Shown: positions 1 through 9,154 of the stretch, one piece after another | Numbering within the stretch: position 1 is the stretch's first letter | Layout: each line of letters opens with the position of its first letter | Assembly: GCA_016867585.1 (NCBI GenBank) | Contig: VGJF01000003.1 | Location: 1-38,530 of the forward strand | Length of the DNA stretch: 38,530 bases | Source: Candidatus Aminicenantes bacterium | GTDB taxonomy: Bacteria; Acidobacteriota; Aminicenantia; Aminicenantales; UBA4085 | Direction: 5' to 3' | Notes under the pieces: model-generated | Database searches by the model: none | What the model saw: only the letters and a program-made list of their open reading frames with translations | Told to the model about the DNA's origin: nothing | Translations under genes and position numbers: made by a program

Positions 1-1
1 C

Positions 2-1063
2 GACCCCGACGTGTTCCAAGCGACGGCCAATTCGCTCTTCGGCCGGCCCATGGTCATCCCCCCCTACATCTATCCGCCCCTTCTCGGACAAATCCTCATC
101 CCCCTGGCCGCTCTCCCTCCCGAGCTGTTCTACTGGGCCTTCTTCGCCCTGAACCTCGCCCTGGCCGGCCTGACCCTCTTCCTGACGGCCAGGCTCCTCC
201 GCCTCGAGGCCCGGCCGAGCATTCTTCCGATCCTCTTTCTCTTCATTCTCCTCCCCGTCAACCGCCCTCTCATCAGCACCTTCTACCACGGCCAGATCAA
301 CCTTCTCGTCCTCGACGCCCTGCTCGCCGCGCTTCTCCTTCGACGGGGAGGCCGACCTTGGCTGTCGGGCCTCTGCCTCGGCTTCGCCGTGATCGTCAAG
401 ATCTACCCCGCCCTATTCGCCCTCCCCCTCCTCTGGTCGAAGAAGGGGAAAGACCTGGCCGCTCTCGCCGCCGGCGGCCTGGCCTTGGTCGGCGCCTCGG
501 CCGCCGCCTTCGGAGCGGCCCCCTGGGCGGATTTCGTCCGCTTCACCGCGGAAACGATGACCGGTCGCTCGACGTCCCCCTATCTCGTCGAATTCGGGGA
601 CGCCGTCCTCAACGTCTCCCTCAAGGGATTTCTCCACCATCTGTTCGAGGTCTTCGCCTGGAACCAATCCGCCGTCGCGCCTCTCTGGGCGGCCTTGACG
701 GCCGTCCTTCTCATCCTCGTCCTGGCCATGCTCCGCGGCCGGCCCTGGACGACGGATTTGGGGCTCCAGGCCTCCGTTCTCCTTCCCTTGACCGTCCTCC
801 TAGCCCCCCTGTCCTGGTCCCACCATTACATCGTCGTCCTCGTCCCCCTGGCCTATCTCTTCCGCCGCCTCCTCTCCGAGCGCCGCTACGGGGCTTTCCC
901 CGGCCTCGCCCTCTCCGCCGCCCTGATCCTCTACACGGTCTCCTGGAAAGGCTTCCCGTTCAACCATGCCCGGACCTTCGGGGGACTCGGGCTTCTCCTC
1001 TTCGTCCTCGTCTTCGAGCGCCGGACGGCCCGGTTCTCGGGGAAGCCGGACGACGGCCCATGA
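2..1063 (+). CDS. GT87/DUF2029 family membrane glycosyltransferase (GT-C, PimE-like), 5'-partial
   Basis: Motifs PYIYPPL, HGQINLL, VKIYPA, PLSWSHHY; many TM helices. Frame is open from position 2, so the true start probably lies upstream of the window. Confidence 0.85.
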   Translation, partial: DPDVFQATANSLFGRPMVIPPYIYPPLLGQILIPLAALPPELFYWAFFALNLALAGLTLFLTARLLRLEARPSILPILFLFILLPVNRPLISTFYHGQINLLVLDALLAALLLRRGGRPWLSGLCLGFAVIVKIYPALFALPLLWSKKGKDLAALAAGGLALVGASAAAFGAAPWADFVRFTAETMTGRSTSPYLVEFGDAVLNVSLKGFLHHLFEVFAWNQSAVAPLWAALTAVLLILVLAMLRGRPWTTDLGLQASVLLPLTVLLAPLSWSHHYIVVLVPLAYLFRRLLSERRYGAFPGLALSAALILYTVSWKGFPFNHARTFGGLGLLLFVLVFERRTARFSGKPDDGP

Positions 1064-2283
1064 ATTTCCGTTTCGGCCTCAAAGGCCGTCCGGTAACGGC
1101 CGTGACGGCCGCCCTTCTGGCTCTCCTCGGGATTTTCCTCGTCCTCAACCGGTTCTTTTACGCCCCCAAGATTCTCCTCATCGGGATCATCCTCATCGTC
1201 TCCCTGGCCCTCCGGAAGACGGGGCTCCTCCTCCGGGACTGGTTTCCCTTCCTGGCCTTTCTCTACCTCTTCGATAGCCTGCGCGGAACGATCTACGCCC
1301 TGACCTGCCGGCTCCAGCTCCCCGTCCGGGCTCTCTACGTCCTCGACCTCGAAAGAACCCTGTTCGGGACGGTGCCCTCCGAAGCCCTCCAGAAGGCCCT
1401 CCTCCGCTCGCCGCCGCCGGAGTTCGGGCTTCTCGAAAAGATCGCCACGGTCGTCCACGGGACGCATTTCATCGCCTTTCTCTACGTCGGCCTCGTCGTC
1501 TGGCTTCAGCGGCCCCGCTTTTTCGGCGCTTACAAGTCCGCCTTTTCCTGGCTGACCGGCCTGGGCGTTCTCGGCTATCTCCTCGTCCCGACCGTCCCGC
1601 CCTGGATGGCTTCGGAAGTTTTCGGCCTCGTCCCCGGCCTCCAGCACTTCAACGTCATCCTCTACAACACGAATTTCCCCGACCTGTCTGCGGGCTTCAA
1701 CACCAACCCCATCGCCGCCATGCCCTCCCTCCACGCCGCTTTCCCCTGCCTGGCCTTCCTCATTCTCGCCCGCCTCTACCGCGGCCGGGCCCTCGTTTTC
1801 GGACTCTACGCCCTCCTCATGGCCTTGGCCATCGTCTACACGAGCGATCATTATGTCGTCGACCTCCTGGCCGGGTTCGCCTTGGCCGCGGCCTGCTACA
1901 TGTTCGCTTTCCGGCGGCTCGCCGGGAGCGCTCCGCCGCCGGCGACTCGGAGTCCGTGGAGGCCGGCCGCCCTCGGGTCGGCCCTGCTCGCGGCCGGGAT
2001 CGGTCTCGGGTTGGCCAACAAGCATGCCTTCGAGGCCCATCCGGAAGCCTACGACTACGCCTCCGTCCCCCGTTACGTCGATTTCACCGGGAACGAGGAC
2101 CGGTATGCCGGCAACTTCAGCGTCCAGATGTATCTCGGCGGGCATGCCATCTCCCGGGGGGACATCGGGCGGGCGTTGGGATATTTCGAGCGTGCCCTGG
2201 GCCTCGCCGAAGGACGAGCCGAGAGGGCCCGGGCCGAGCTTCGGATCGCCCAAGGCCGGGCCCTTCTCGAGAACCGGAAATAG
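1060..2283 (+). CDS. PAP2-superfamily AUR1/inositol-phosphorylceramide-synthase-like membrane phosphotransferase with C-terminal TPR-like helix pair
   Basis: ATG 1060 overlaps the GT87 stop (ATGA). Motifs PTVPPWM, AMPSLHAA, DHYVVDLLAG; C-terminal YLGGHAISRGDIGRALGYFERAL is TPR-like. Confidence 0.8.
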   Translation: MNFRFGLKGRPVTAVTAALLALLGIFLVLNRFFYAPKILLIGIILIVSLALRKTGLLLRDWFPFLAFLYLFDSLRGTIYALTCRLQLPVRALYVLDLERTLFGTVPSEALQKALLRSPPPEFGLLEKIATVVHGTHFIAFLYVGLVVWLQRPRFFGAYKSAFSWLTGLGVLGYLLVPTVPPWMASEVFGLVPGLQHFNVILYNTNFPDLSAGFNTNPIAAMPSLHAAFPCLAFLILARLYRGRALVFGLYALLMALAIVYTSDHYVVDLLAGFALAAACYMFAFRRLAGSAPPPATRSPWRPAALGSALLAAGIGLGLANKHAFEAHPEAYDYASVPRYVDFTGNEDRYAGNFSVQMYLGGHAISRGDIGRALGYFERALGLAEGRAERARAELRIAQGRALLENRK

Positions 2284-2286
2284 AAT

Positions 2287-3213
2287 CTATGGCCGGGAAA
2301 GCAACGACCTGGCCCCGGCCCGGGTCAGGTAAACGCCAAGCAAAATGACCGCCGCCCCGGCGATCTGGACCATATGCATCCTCTCGCCCAAGATCCACCA
2401 GGCGAAGACGGCCGTCAAAACGGGGGTCAGGTTGCCGTAGACCGCCGTCCGGGTGTTTCCGATCCGCTGGACCGAGTAGTACCAGATGAGGTAGCCCAGG
2501 ACGAGGCCGAAGAGGGCGGACAGAAAAAGGGCCGACCAGGCCCGCCAGGAGACATCGGCCCAGGCGATCCGGACGACCTCCGCGGCCGTCGTCGGAAAAT
2601 AGGCCGCCGCGCCGACGGCCACGGTCACGGCCGAGAATTGAAGCGGCGAGAGGCGGGCCAGGAACGGTTTCGAGAAAACGGTGTATCCGGCCCAGAGGAT
2701 CGTCCCGGCGAAAATCATCGCGTCGCCCTGGGCGCCGGCCGACCCCGGGGCGATCCCGCCGTTCATCCGGGAGATGACGAGATAAAGGCCGCCAAGGGAG
2801 ATGAAGATCCCCGTCCAGGTCGGCCAGGGGATATTCTCGATGCCTAGGAGCCGAGAGAGAAGGGCGACGAAGACCGGAGAGGTCGAGAGGATGAACGACG
2901 TGTTGGCGGCCGTCGTCCGGCTCATCGCCCCGATGAACAGCGCCTGATAAACGGCGTTCCCCATGATCCCGATCAAGGCCAGTTTCCAGAGGTCGGCCGG
3001 AACAATCCCCTGGAGCCTCCGGCGGGAGAGAGCCAGGAGGCCGAGGAGAACGGCGGCCGTGAGGAGGAGGCGCAGCCCGTTGAACGCCTCGGGAGAAAGC
3101 TCGCGCAGGCCGATCTTGACGAAGCTGAAGTTGACGGCCCACATGAGCACGGCCGCGAGCATCAGGGCATCGCTCAATCCGAAAGCCGGTCCCCGGCTGT
3201 TGGAGGGTCGCAT
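2287..3213 (-). CDS. EamA/DMT family transporter
   Basis: About 10 TM helices in two EamA repeats (WAVNFSFVK; YGNLTPVLTAVFAWWILGE). Start moved to ATG 3213 because the longer ORF overlaps queF. Confidence 0.9.
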   Translation of the reverse strand: MRPSNSRGPAFGLSDALMLAAVLMWAVNFSFVKIGLRELSPEAFNGLRLLLTAAVLLGLLALSRRRLQGIVPADLWKLALIGIMGNAVYQALFIGAMSRTTAANTSFILSTSPVFVALLSRLLGIENIPWPTWTGIFISLGGLYLVISRMNGGIAPGSAGAQGDAMIFAGTILWAGYTVFSKPFLARLSPLQFSAVTVAVGAAAYFPTTAAEVVRIAWADVSWRAWSALFLSALFGLVLGYLIWYYSVQRIGNTRTAVYGNLTPVLTAVFAWWILGERMHMVQIAGAAVILLGVYLTRAGARSLLSRP

Positions 3214-3233
3214 GGTCGGGCGCGGGGAAGGGC

Positions 3234-3629
3234 TCAGCCGGCCGTCCGCGTTCTCGGGAACGAGGCCTCGACGACGGCTCGGATGCCCCCCCGCGGATTG
3301 AAGGCCCCCTTGACTTCGGCCCGGACGGGCCGGCAGGCCCGGACGACGTCTTCCAAGATCCGGTTGACGGCATTTTCGTAAAAGATCCCCAGGCCGCGGT
3401 AAGCCAGGATGTATTCCTTGAGGGACTTGAGCTCGAGGCACGCCGCCCGGGGGACATAGCGGATCGTGATCGTCCCGAAATCGGGGAGGCCCGTCTTGGG
3501 GCAGACCGAGGTGAACTCCGGGATATCGATCGTGACTTCATAGCCCCGGAATTGATTGGGAAACGTGGCCAAGGCCGGAAGTTCGACGGACAGGCCGGCC
3601 TTCCCCTCTTTCTCGCCGGTGCGGCGCAT
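3234..3629 (-). CDS. queF: NADPH-dependent 7-cyano-7-deazaguanine (preQ0) reductase, unimodular
   Basis: [15 protein letters not shown] (catalytic Cys/Asp), QueF motif [15 protein letters not shown]; GAGG SD upstream. Confidence 0.95.
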   Translation of the reverse strand: MRRTGEKEGKAGLSVELPALATFPNQFRGYEVTIDIPEFTSVCPKTGLPDFGTITIRYVPRAACLELKSLKEYILAYRGLGIFYENAVNRILEDVVRACRPVRAEVKGAFNPRGGIRAVVEASFPRTRTAG

Positions 3630-3652
3630 TGGTTTGTCCTCTCGAAAATGCT

Positions 3653-3660
3653 ATTATAAT
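3653..3660. promoter_or_regulatory. Palindromic ATTATAAT giving a TATAAT -10 box on both strands (queF and DUF6485 operons)
   Basis: TATAAT at 3655-3660 (+) and 3658-3653 (-) in the 64-bp divergent gap; -35 elements are weak. Confidence 0.6.
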
Positions 3661-3693
3661 CGAACCTTTCCCCAAGGAGAAGACGGAAGAGCG

Positions 3694-3891
3694 ATGACCG
3701 CCTGCCGCCAAGAAAAGAACATGCCCCGCTGCAACTGCAGCTACGAGCCCTGCCCCCGCAAGGGCGTCTGTTGCGAATGCCTCGCCTATCATTGGGGGAT
3801 GAGGGAGCTCCCGGCCTGTTTTTTCCCGGACGAGGTCGAACGGACCTGGGACCGCTCGCTGAGCCGGTTTCTGAAGACCGTCGCGAAGTAG
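3694..3891 (+). CDS. Small Cys-rich protein, DUF6485-like
   Basis: 65 aa: [21 protein letters not shown]...LPACFFP...ERTWDRS; purine-rich SD region before ATG 3694. Confidence 0.8.
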   Translation: MTACRQEKNMPRCNCSYEPCPRKGVCCECLAYHWGMRELPACFFPDEVERTWDRSLSRFLKTVAK

Positions 3892-3894
3892 GCC

Positions 3895-4842
3895 ATGCGG
3901 CCTTCGTTCACGTACGGGCCCGTCCCCTCCCGCCGGCTGGGATTTTCCCTGGGCGTCGACCTTCTTCCTTTCAAGACCTGCTCGATGGACTGCGTCTACT
4001 GCCAGCTCGGCCCGAACCGCCGGACGACGGTCCGGCGGCGGGAGCACGCCCCGGCCCGGGCCGTTCTGGCCGAAATCCGGGCCGCCCTCGCCTCCGGCCG
4101 GCGGATCGACGCCGTCACCTTTTCCGGCTCGGGCGAGCCGACCCTCCACGCCGGACTGGGCCGGATCATCCGGGCGATCAAGCGCCAGACGACCGTGCCG
4201 GTCGTCGTCCTGACGAACAGCTCGACCCTCTCCCGGCCCGAGGTCAGGTTGGCCCTGGCCGCGGCCGACATCGTCATCCCCTCGCTCGATGCGGCGACCG
4301 AGTCCGTCCTCCGGCGGGTCAATCGGCCGCATCCCTCTCTCACGGCGGCGCGGATCATCGACGGTTTGGCCGCGTTCCGGCGGCGCTTCAAGGGCCAAAT
4401 CTGGCTCGAAATCCTTCTCGTCAAAGGGATAAACGACGGCCCGGCCCATCTCCGGGCGCTCCGCCGGGCGATCGCCCGCCTGGCGCCGGACCGCGTCCAG
4501 CTCAACACCGTCGTCCGCCCGCCGGCCGAGCCGTGGGCCAAGCCGCTCTCCCGGCCGGAGCTCGAGCGCATCAAGGCCTCGTTCGGCGGGACGGCCGAAA
4601 TCGTCGCCGAGCCGCCGGAAGGGGGAAGGTCCGCTCCGGCCGCCGGCGGCCTCGAGGGGCGCGTTTTGGGGCTCCTCCGGCGGAGGCCCGAAACGGCCGA
4701 GGGCTTGGCCGTGTCGCTGGAGGCGGAAATCGGCGCCGTCCGGAGCGCGGTCCGAACCCTCTCCGCCTCCGGACGGATCAAGCCCGCGGCTCACGGCCGC
4801 CGCCGGTATTACGAAGTTGTCAAAGACGCCGCCGCCGGCTGA
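3895..4842 (+). CDS. Radical SAM protein (COG0731, Tyw1-related) with C-terminal HTH-like extension
   Basis: YGPVPSRRLGFSLGVD, CSMDCVYC (CxxxCxxC), FSGSGEPTLH, LNTVVRPP. Confidence 0.9.
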   Translation: MRPSFTYGPVPSRRLGFSLGVDLLPFKTCSMDCVYCQLGPNRRTTVRRREHAPARAVLAEIRAALASGRRIDAVTFSGSGEPTLHAGLGRIIRAIKRQTTVPVVVLTNSSTLSRPEVRLALAAADIVIPSLDAATESVLRRVNRPHPSLTAARIIDGLAAFRRRFKGQIWLEILLVKGINDGPAHLRALRRAIARLAPDRVQLNTVVRPPAEPWAKPLSRPELERIKASFGGTAEIVAEPPEGGRSAPAAGGLEGRVLGLLRRRPETAEGLAVSLEAEIGAVRSAVRTLSASGRIKPAAHGRRRYYEVVKDAAAG

Positions 4843-4867
4843 CATCCATCCGGACTTGGGTTATAAT
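4839..4867 (+). promoter_or_regulatory. Sigma70-type promoter for hisC
   Basis: CTGACA (4839-4844), 17-bp spacer, TATAAT (4862-4867). Confidence 0.7.
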
Positions 4868-4888
4868 GCCGTCTCCCGAGAGAACCCC

Positions 4889-5974
4889 GTGATCAAAGCG
4901 AACGCCTTTCTGTCTCGAATCAGCCCCTACAAGCCCGGCCGGCCGATCGAGGAGGTCGCCCGCGAGCTGAAGCTTCGGGGTGAAATCATCAAGCTCGCCT
5001 CGAACGAAAATCCCCTCGGCCCGTCCCCTCTCGCCCTTCGGGCCATCCGCCGCTTCCTCAAGGACATGTCCCTCTATCCCGACGACAACTGCTACTATCT
5101 CAAGAAGAAGATGGCCGGGCTCCTCGGGGTGACCCCCGAAAACCTCCTCTTCGCCAACGGCTCGGTCGAGATTCTCCCGATGGCGACGCACGCTTATCTC
5201 GGCCCGGGGGACAGCGCCGTCACCGGGGCCGGGGCTTTCCTCTGGTTCAAGATCGCCGTCTGCCATACGCCGGCCGAACTCATCGAGGTCCCGCGGAAAG
5301 ATTTTCGCTTCGACCTCCGGGCGATGGCCGCCGCCATCCGGAAAAACACCCGGCTCGTCTACATCGACAATCCCAACAACCCGACGGGGACGATCGTCAC
5401 CCGGGACGAAGTCGAGGAATTCTTCCGGCATGTTCCCGAAGACGTCCTCGTCATCTTCGACGAAGCCTATATCGAATACATCGACGACCCCGCTTTCCCG
5501 GACTGGTCCGACCTCTTCCGGCGTCGGAAAAACATCCTCATCCTCCGGACCTTCTCCAAAATCTACGGCATGGCCGGCCTCCGCCTGGGCTTCGGCGTCG
5601 CCGACCCGGAAATCATCGACAGCCTGGCCAAGCTCAGGATTTCGTTCAACGTCAACCGCTTTTCCCAAGTCGCCGGGACGGCCGCCCTCGACGACGCGGC
5701 CCACGTCCGGAAGGGGAAAGCCGTCAACGACGCCGGGAAGGCGTACCTGGCCGAGGCCTACCGCCGGCTCGGCCTATTCGCCCTCCCGACCCACGCGAAT
5801 TTCTTCTTCGTCGATTTCGGCCGGGACAGCCGGCCGGTCTTCGAAGCCCTCCAGGGCAAGGGCATTATCACCCGGACGATCAAGGAATACGGCTTCCCCA
5901 ACGCCCTGCGGATCTCGATCGGGACCGAGGAGCAGAACCGGCGCCTCATCCGGGCCTTGGGAAGCCGTCTCTAG
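4889..5974 (+). CDS. hisC: Histidinol-phosphate aminotransferase
   Basis: YKPGRPIEEV, IKLASNENPLG, NPNNPTG, DEAY, RTFSKIYGMAGLRLG (PLP Lys). GTG 4889 chosen because it lies downstream of the promoter. Confidence 0.93.
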   Translation: MIKANAFLSRISPYKPGRPIEEVARELKLRGEIIKLASNENPLGPSPLALRAIRRFLKDMSLYPDDNCYYLKKKMAGLLGVTPENLLFANGSVEILPMATHAYLGPGDSAVTGAGAFLWFKIAVCHTPAELIEVPRKDFRFDLRAMAAAIRKNTRLVYIDNPNNPTGTIVTRDEVEEFFRHVPEDVLVIFDEAYIEYIDDPAFPDWSDLFRRRKNILILRTFSKIYGMAGLRLGFGVADPEIIDSLAKLRISFNVNRFSQVAGTAALDDAAHVRKGKAVNDAGKAYLAEAYRRLGLFALPTHANFFFVDFGRDSRPVFEALQGKGIITRTIKEYGFPNALRISIGTEEQNRRLIRALGSRL

Positions 5975-5993
5975 ATTTTCCCCGCGAGCCAAG

Positions 5994-6515
5994 ATGCCTC
6001 GGCCAAGGACCACGGGAAAGGCCGGGAAGCCGACTTTTCGGTACGAAGCCGTCGGCCTCGTCCGCTCTCCCTTCAAGACGCCCGAAGAGATCCCGGTCGA
6101 ACGCAACGCCGACCCCCGCGGCTTCGACGACGTCCGGGGAAAGCTCGTCATCGACCCCGCCTGCGCCCGAGGCCTCAAGGACATCGACGGCTTTTCCCAT
6201 CTCTTCGTCCTGTTCGCCTTTCATCGAGCCGGGGAAGCCAAGCTCCTGTCCCGGCCGCCGTTCGACACGGAGCCCCGCGGCGTTTTCGCCTCTCGCTCTC
6301 CCCGCCGCCCCAACGCCTTGGGCCTGACCATCGTCAAGCTTGAGAGCCGCCGGGGGCGGGTCCTTCACGTCTCGGGACTGGACATGATCGACGGAACGCC
6401 CATCCTGGACATCAAGCCTTACACCGACCGCGACCGCAGGAGGGGGGCGCGGACGGGCTGGCTGGCCCGGTACCGGCGGCGGGCGGCGGGCCGAGGCCGG
6501 AAAGGAGCGGCATGA
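5994..6515 (+). CDS. trmO: tRNA t6A37 N6-methyltransferase TrmO/TsaA family (single domain)
   Basis: GLKDIDGFSHL, RGVFASRSPRRPNALGLT, GLDMIDGTPILDIKPY. Confidence 0.9.
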   Translation: MPRPRTTGKAGKPTFRYEAVGLVRSPFKTPEEIPVERNADPRGFDDVRGKLVIDPACARGLKDIDGFSHLFVLFAFHRAGEAKLLSRPPFDTEPRGVFASRSPRRPNALGLTIVKLESRRGRVLHVSGLDMIDGTPILDIKPYTDRDRRRGARTGWLARYRRRAAGRGRKGAA

Positions 6516-8518
6516 GAATTCTCTCCCGGACCGCCTTGCGGGCCGCGGCCGCGGTCCTCGCCCCGGCCGCCCTGGCCGTCGGCCAGGACCTCCTCCGCCA
6601 ACTTGGAGGTTTCCAAGACTTCCTCAGCCGGAGGGTCTCCTCCTTCGACCGATCCGGCGGAAACCGGGACGCCCTGACGATCAAGCCGGGAGAGACGGCC
6701 GTCCTCGCCGACCTCCAAGGCCCGGGGGCTATTCACCACTTCTGGGTGACGATCTCGGCCGAACCGTTCTATGGGCGCAAGATCGTCCTCCGGATGTACT
6801 GGGACGGCGAGACGGCCCCTTCGGTCGAAGCTCCGATCGGCGATTTCTTCGGCGTCGGCCACGGGTTGAACCGCAATTTCGCCTCGCTGCCGTTGGTCTG
6901 CTCATCCGAAGGCCGGGCCCGCAACAGCTTCTGGTACATGCCGTTCCGGAAGTCCGCCCGGGTCACCGTGGCCAACGAGGGCCGAAGGGACGTCGCCGCG
7001 TTCTATTACTACCTCGACTACCGGGTCCTCCCTTCGCTTCCGACCGACACGCCGACCTTCCATGCCCAATACCGCCAGGAGACGCCCTGCGCCGCCGGAC
7101 GGAACTACCTCATCCTCGAAGCCCAGGGGCGGGGCCATTATGTCGGCTGTCACCTCAGCGTTTTTCAAAAGGCCATGGGCTGGTGGGGCGAGGGGGACGA
7201 CATGATCATCGTCGACGGCGAGGACTTCCCCTCCCTCCACGGCACGGGATCGGAGGACTATTTCGCCGACGCTTGGGGGATGCGGGAGAGCCAGAGCCTG
7301 TTCTACGGCTGCCCTCTCCAGGAGGAGGATTTCCAGGCCGGCTCCAAGGCCTCGGTCTACCGCTTCCACATCCCCGACCCCATCCCGTTCCGGAAGTCGA
7401 TCTCGGTCTCGATCGAGCACGGCCACGACAACGATCGGGCCGACGATTTCTCATCCACGGCCTACTGGTACCAGTCCGAGCCGCACAGGCCCTTTCTGGC
7501 CCTTCCGACCGTCGAGGCCCGGCTGCCGTTCGCCCTCGAGCCCCCGCCGAACTTCGTCCTCCCGGCCTGGAAAGAAGCCAAGGCCGACCTCGGACAGGCC
7601 TTCGAAGACGCCGAAAAAGGGCTCGCCTTCAAGGGCGGGCGGCTTGTCCTCTCGAAGTCCTCCTATTACCTCCCGAGCGGGGAGCGGTATCCCGTCTTGG
7701 CGACGGACGGGCCGACATCCCCCTCCGTCCACATCGGCTTTCCGGTCGGCGTCGCCGAGCGCTACGACGTGACCCTCTTTTTCCTCAAGGGGCCGAACAT
7801 GGGGATTTGGCGGCCGACGAGCCTCGTTTCGGCCGGGTCCGACGTTTTGGAGGAACGGCCCGACTTTTCCGGGTACGCGGAAGCGAAGGGGATGGGCGCG
7901 CTCTCGCTGAAGAGCGTGTCCCTCTCCGCAGGCCCAGGGGTTCTCGAGCTGGCCCGCCGCGGCAAGGCCCGGGCCGCTTCCGGGGACGACTTGGCCTTCC
8001 TCGGCCTGAGCCTCGTCCCGTCCGAGCGCCGTTATCTCACGGAGTGGAACGTCATCGGCCCGTTCGCCGCGCCGGACATGGACGCCCTGACCGTCGCCTA
8101 TCCGCCCGAGCGGGAGCTCGACCTCGAGAAATCCTACGCCGGCGGATTCGGGAAGACGGCCGTCTGGCGGAAAGCCCGCGCCGGCGCCGGCGGTTACGTC
8201 AACCTCCTCGAATTCGTCCAGCCGGGGGAATACGTCATCGCCTACGCCCTGGGCTTCGTCGAAGCTCCCTCGGCCACGGAGGCCGTCCTGCTCCTCGGCA
8301 GCGACGACGGCGTCCGGGCCTGGGTCAACGGGGAGCTCGTCCACACGAACGCCGCCTACCGGGCCTCCGCCCCGGACCTCGACAAAGTCGCGGTCCGGCT
8401 GAACAAGGGGAGAAATGCCGTTCTCCTCAAGATCCTCCAGGGGGCCGGGGCCTGGGGCTTTCACGCCCGCTTCGCCGACCCCGAGGGCGGGCTGCGCTGG
8501 TCGGCCGACCGGCCTTGA
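6512..8518 (+). CDS. Secreted DUF2961/GH172-family glycoside hydrolase with C-terminal beta-rich accessory domains
   Basis: Signal peptide; SSFDRSGGNRD, GPGAIHHFW, PSVEAPIGDFFG, WWGEGDD, GTGSEDYF, YRFHIPDPIPF; C-terminal WNVIGPF...GSDDGVRAWVNG module. Confidence 0.88.
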   Translation: MRILSRTALRAAAAVLAPAALAVGQDLLRQLGGFQDFLSRRVSSFDRSGGNRDALTIKPGETAVLADLQGPGAIHHFWVTISAEPFYGRKIVLRMYWDGETAPSVEAPIGDFFGVGHGLNRNFASLPLVCSSEGRARNSFWYMPFRKSARVTVANEGRRDVAAFYYYLDYRVLPSLPTDTPTFHAQYRQETPCAAGRNYLILEAQGRGHYVGCHLSVFQKAMGWWGEGDDMIIVDGEDFPSLHGTGSEDYFADAWGMRESQSLFYGCPLQEEDFQAGSKASVYRFHIPDPIPFRKSISVSIEHGHDNDRADDFSSTAYWYQSEPHRPFLALPTVEARLPFALEPPPNFVLPAWKEAKADLGQAFEDAEKGLAFKGGRLVLSKSSYYLPSGERYPVLATDGPTSPSVHIGFPVGVAERYDVTLFFLKGPNMGIWRPTSLVSAGSDVLEERPDFSGYAEAKGMGALSLKSVSLSAGPGVLELARRGKARAASGDDLAFLGLSLVPSERRYLTEWNVIGPFAAPDMDALTVAYPPERELDLEKSYAGGFGKTAVWRKARAGAGGYVNLLEFVQPGEYVIAYALGFVEAPSATEAVLLLGSDDGVRAWVNGELVHTNAAYRASAPDLDKVAVRLNKGRNAVLLKILQGAGAWGFHARFADPEGGLRWSADRP

Positions 8519-8521
8519 ATC

Positions 8522-9154
8522 ATGAAGGGCGATAAAACCCTCTGGACGGCCCGTGAGGCCGGCCTTCTCCGCAGGCTCAAGACGCCCGTTGAAATCCAGG
8601 AATACTTGAACTCGCTGGCCTATGATGCCGCCCCCGGTACGGCTTCCCCCCGACGGGTCCTTCGGAAGAAAAGGGCGAACTGCTTCGAGGGGGCGCTTTT
8701 GGCCGCGGCGGCCCTGCGCGTCCACGGCCGGCCGCCGCTTCTCGTCGACATGCGTTCCCGGAACGACGACGACCACGTCCTGGCCGTATTCCGCCGAAAC
8801 GGGGCTTGGGGCTGCGTGGCCAAATCGAACTTCACCGTCCTCGGCTTCCGCGAGCCTGTTTACCGGACGATCCGGGAGCTGATGGCCTCGTTTTTCGACG
8901 TCTTTTTCAACACGATCGGGGAGAAGACCCTCCGTCATTATTCCGTCCCTTTCGACCTCCGCCGGTTCGACGACCGCGGCTGGATGACGACCGAAGACGA
9001 CGTCAGCTGGATCGGCGACGCCCTCGACCGGGCGCGTCATTATCCCTTCTTGACCCGCGCCCAGGTCCGGAGCCTCGCGACGGCCGACCCCGCCCTCGTC
9101 AAGGCCGGCCTCCTCGGAGCCGATGGCGCGGGGCTTTACAAACCCGGCCGTTAG
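8522..9154 (+). CDS. Conserved hypothetical protein, possibly transglutaminase/cysteine-protease-like
   Basis: Host-like codon usage; ANCFEGALLAAA, DDDHVLAVF, WGCVAKSNF suggest a Cys-His pair. Function inferred. Confidence 0.7.
   Translation: MKGDKTLWTAREAGLLRRLKTPVEIQEYLNSLAYDAAPGTASPRRVLRKKRANCFEGALLAAAALRVHGRPPLLVDMRSRNDDDHVLAVFRRNGAWGCVAKSNFTVLGFREPVYRTIRELMASFFDVFFNTIGEKTLRHYSVPFDLRRFDDRGWMTTEDDVSWIGDALDRARHYPFLTRAQVRSLATADPALVKAGLLGADGAGLYKPGR

Noticed and set aside
358-1059. N-terminal 234 aa of the 641-aa ORF
   Set aside because: Arg/Pro-rich off-frame translation of the GT87 gene; the real start is ATG 1060.
3630-3652. preQ1 riboswitch before queF
   Set aside because: The leader is too short and lacks the stem plus A-rich tail.
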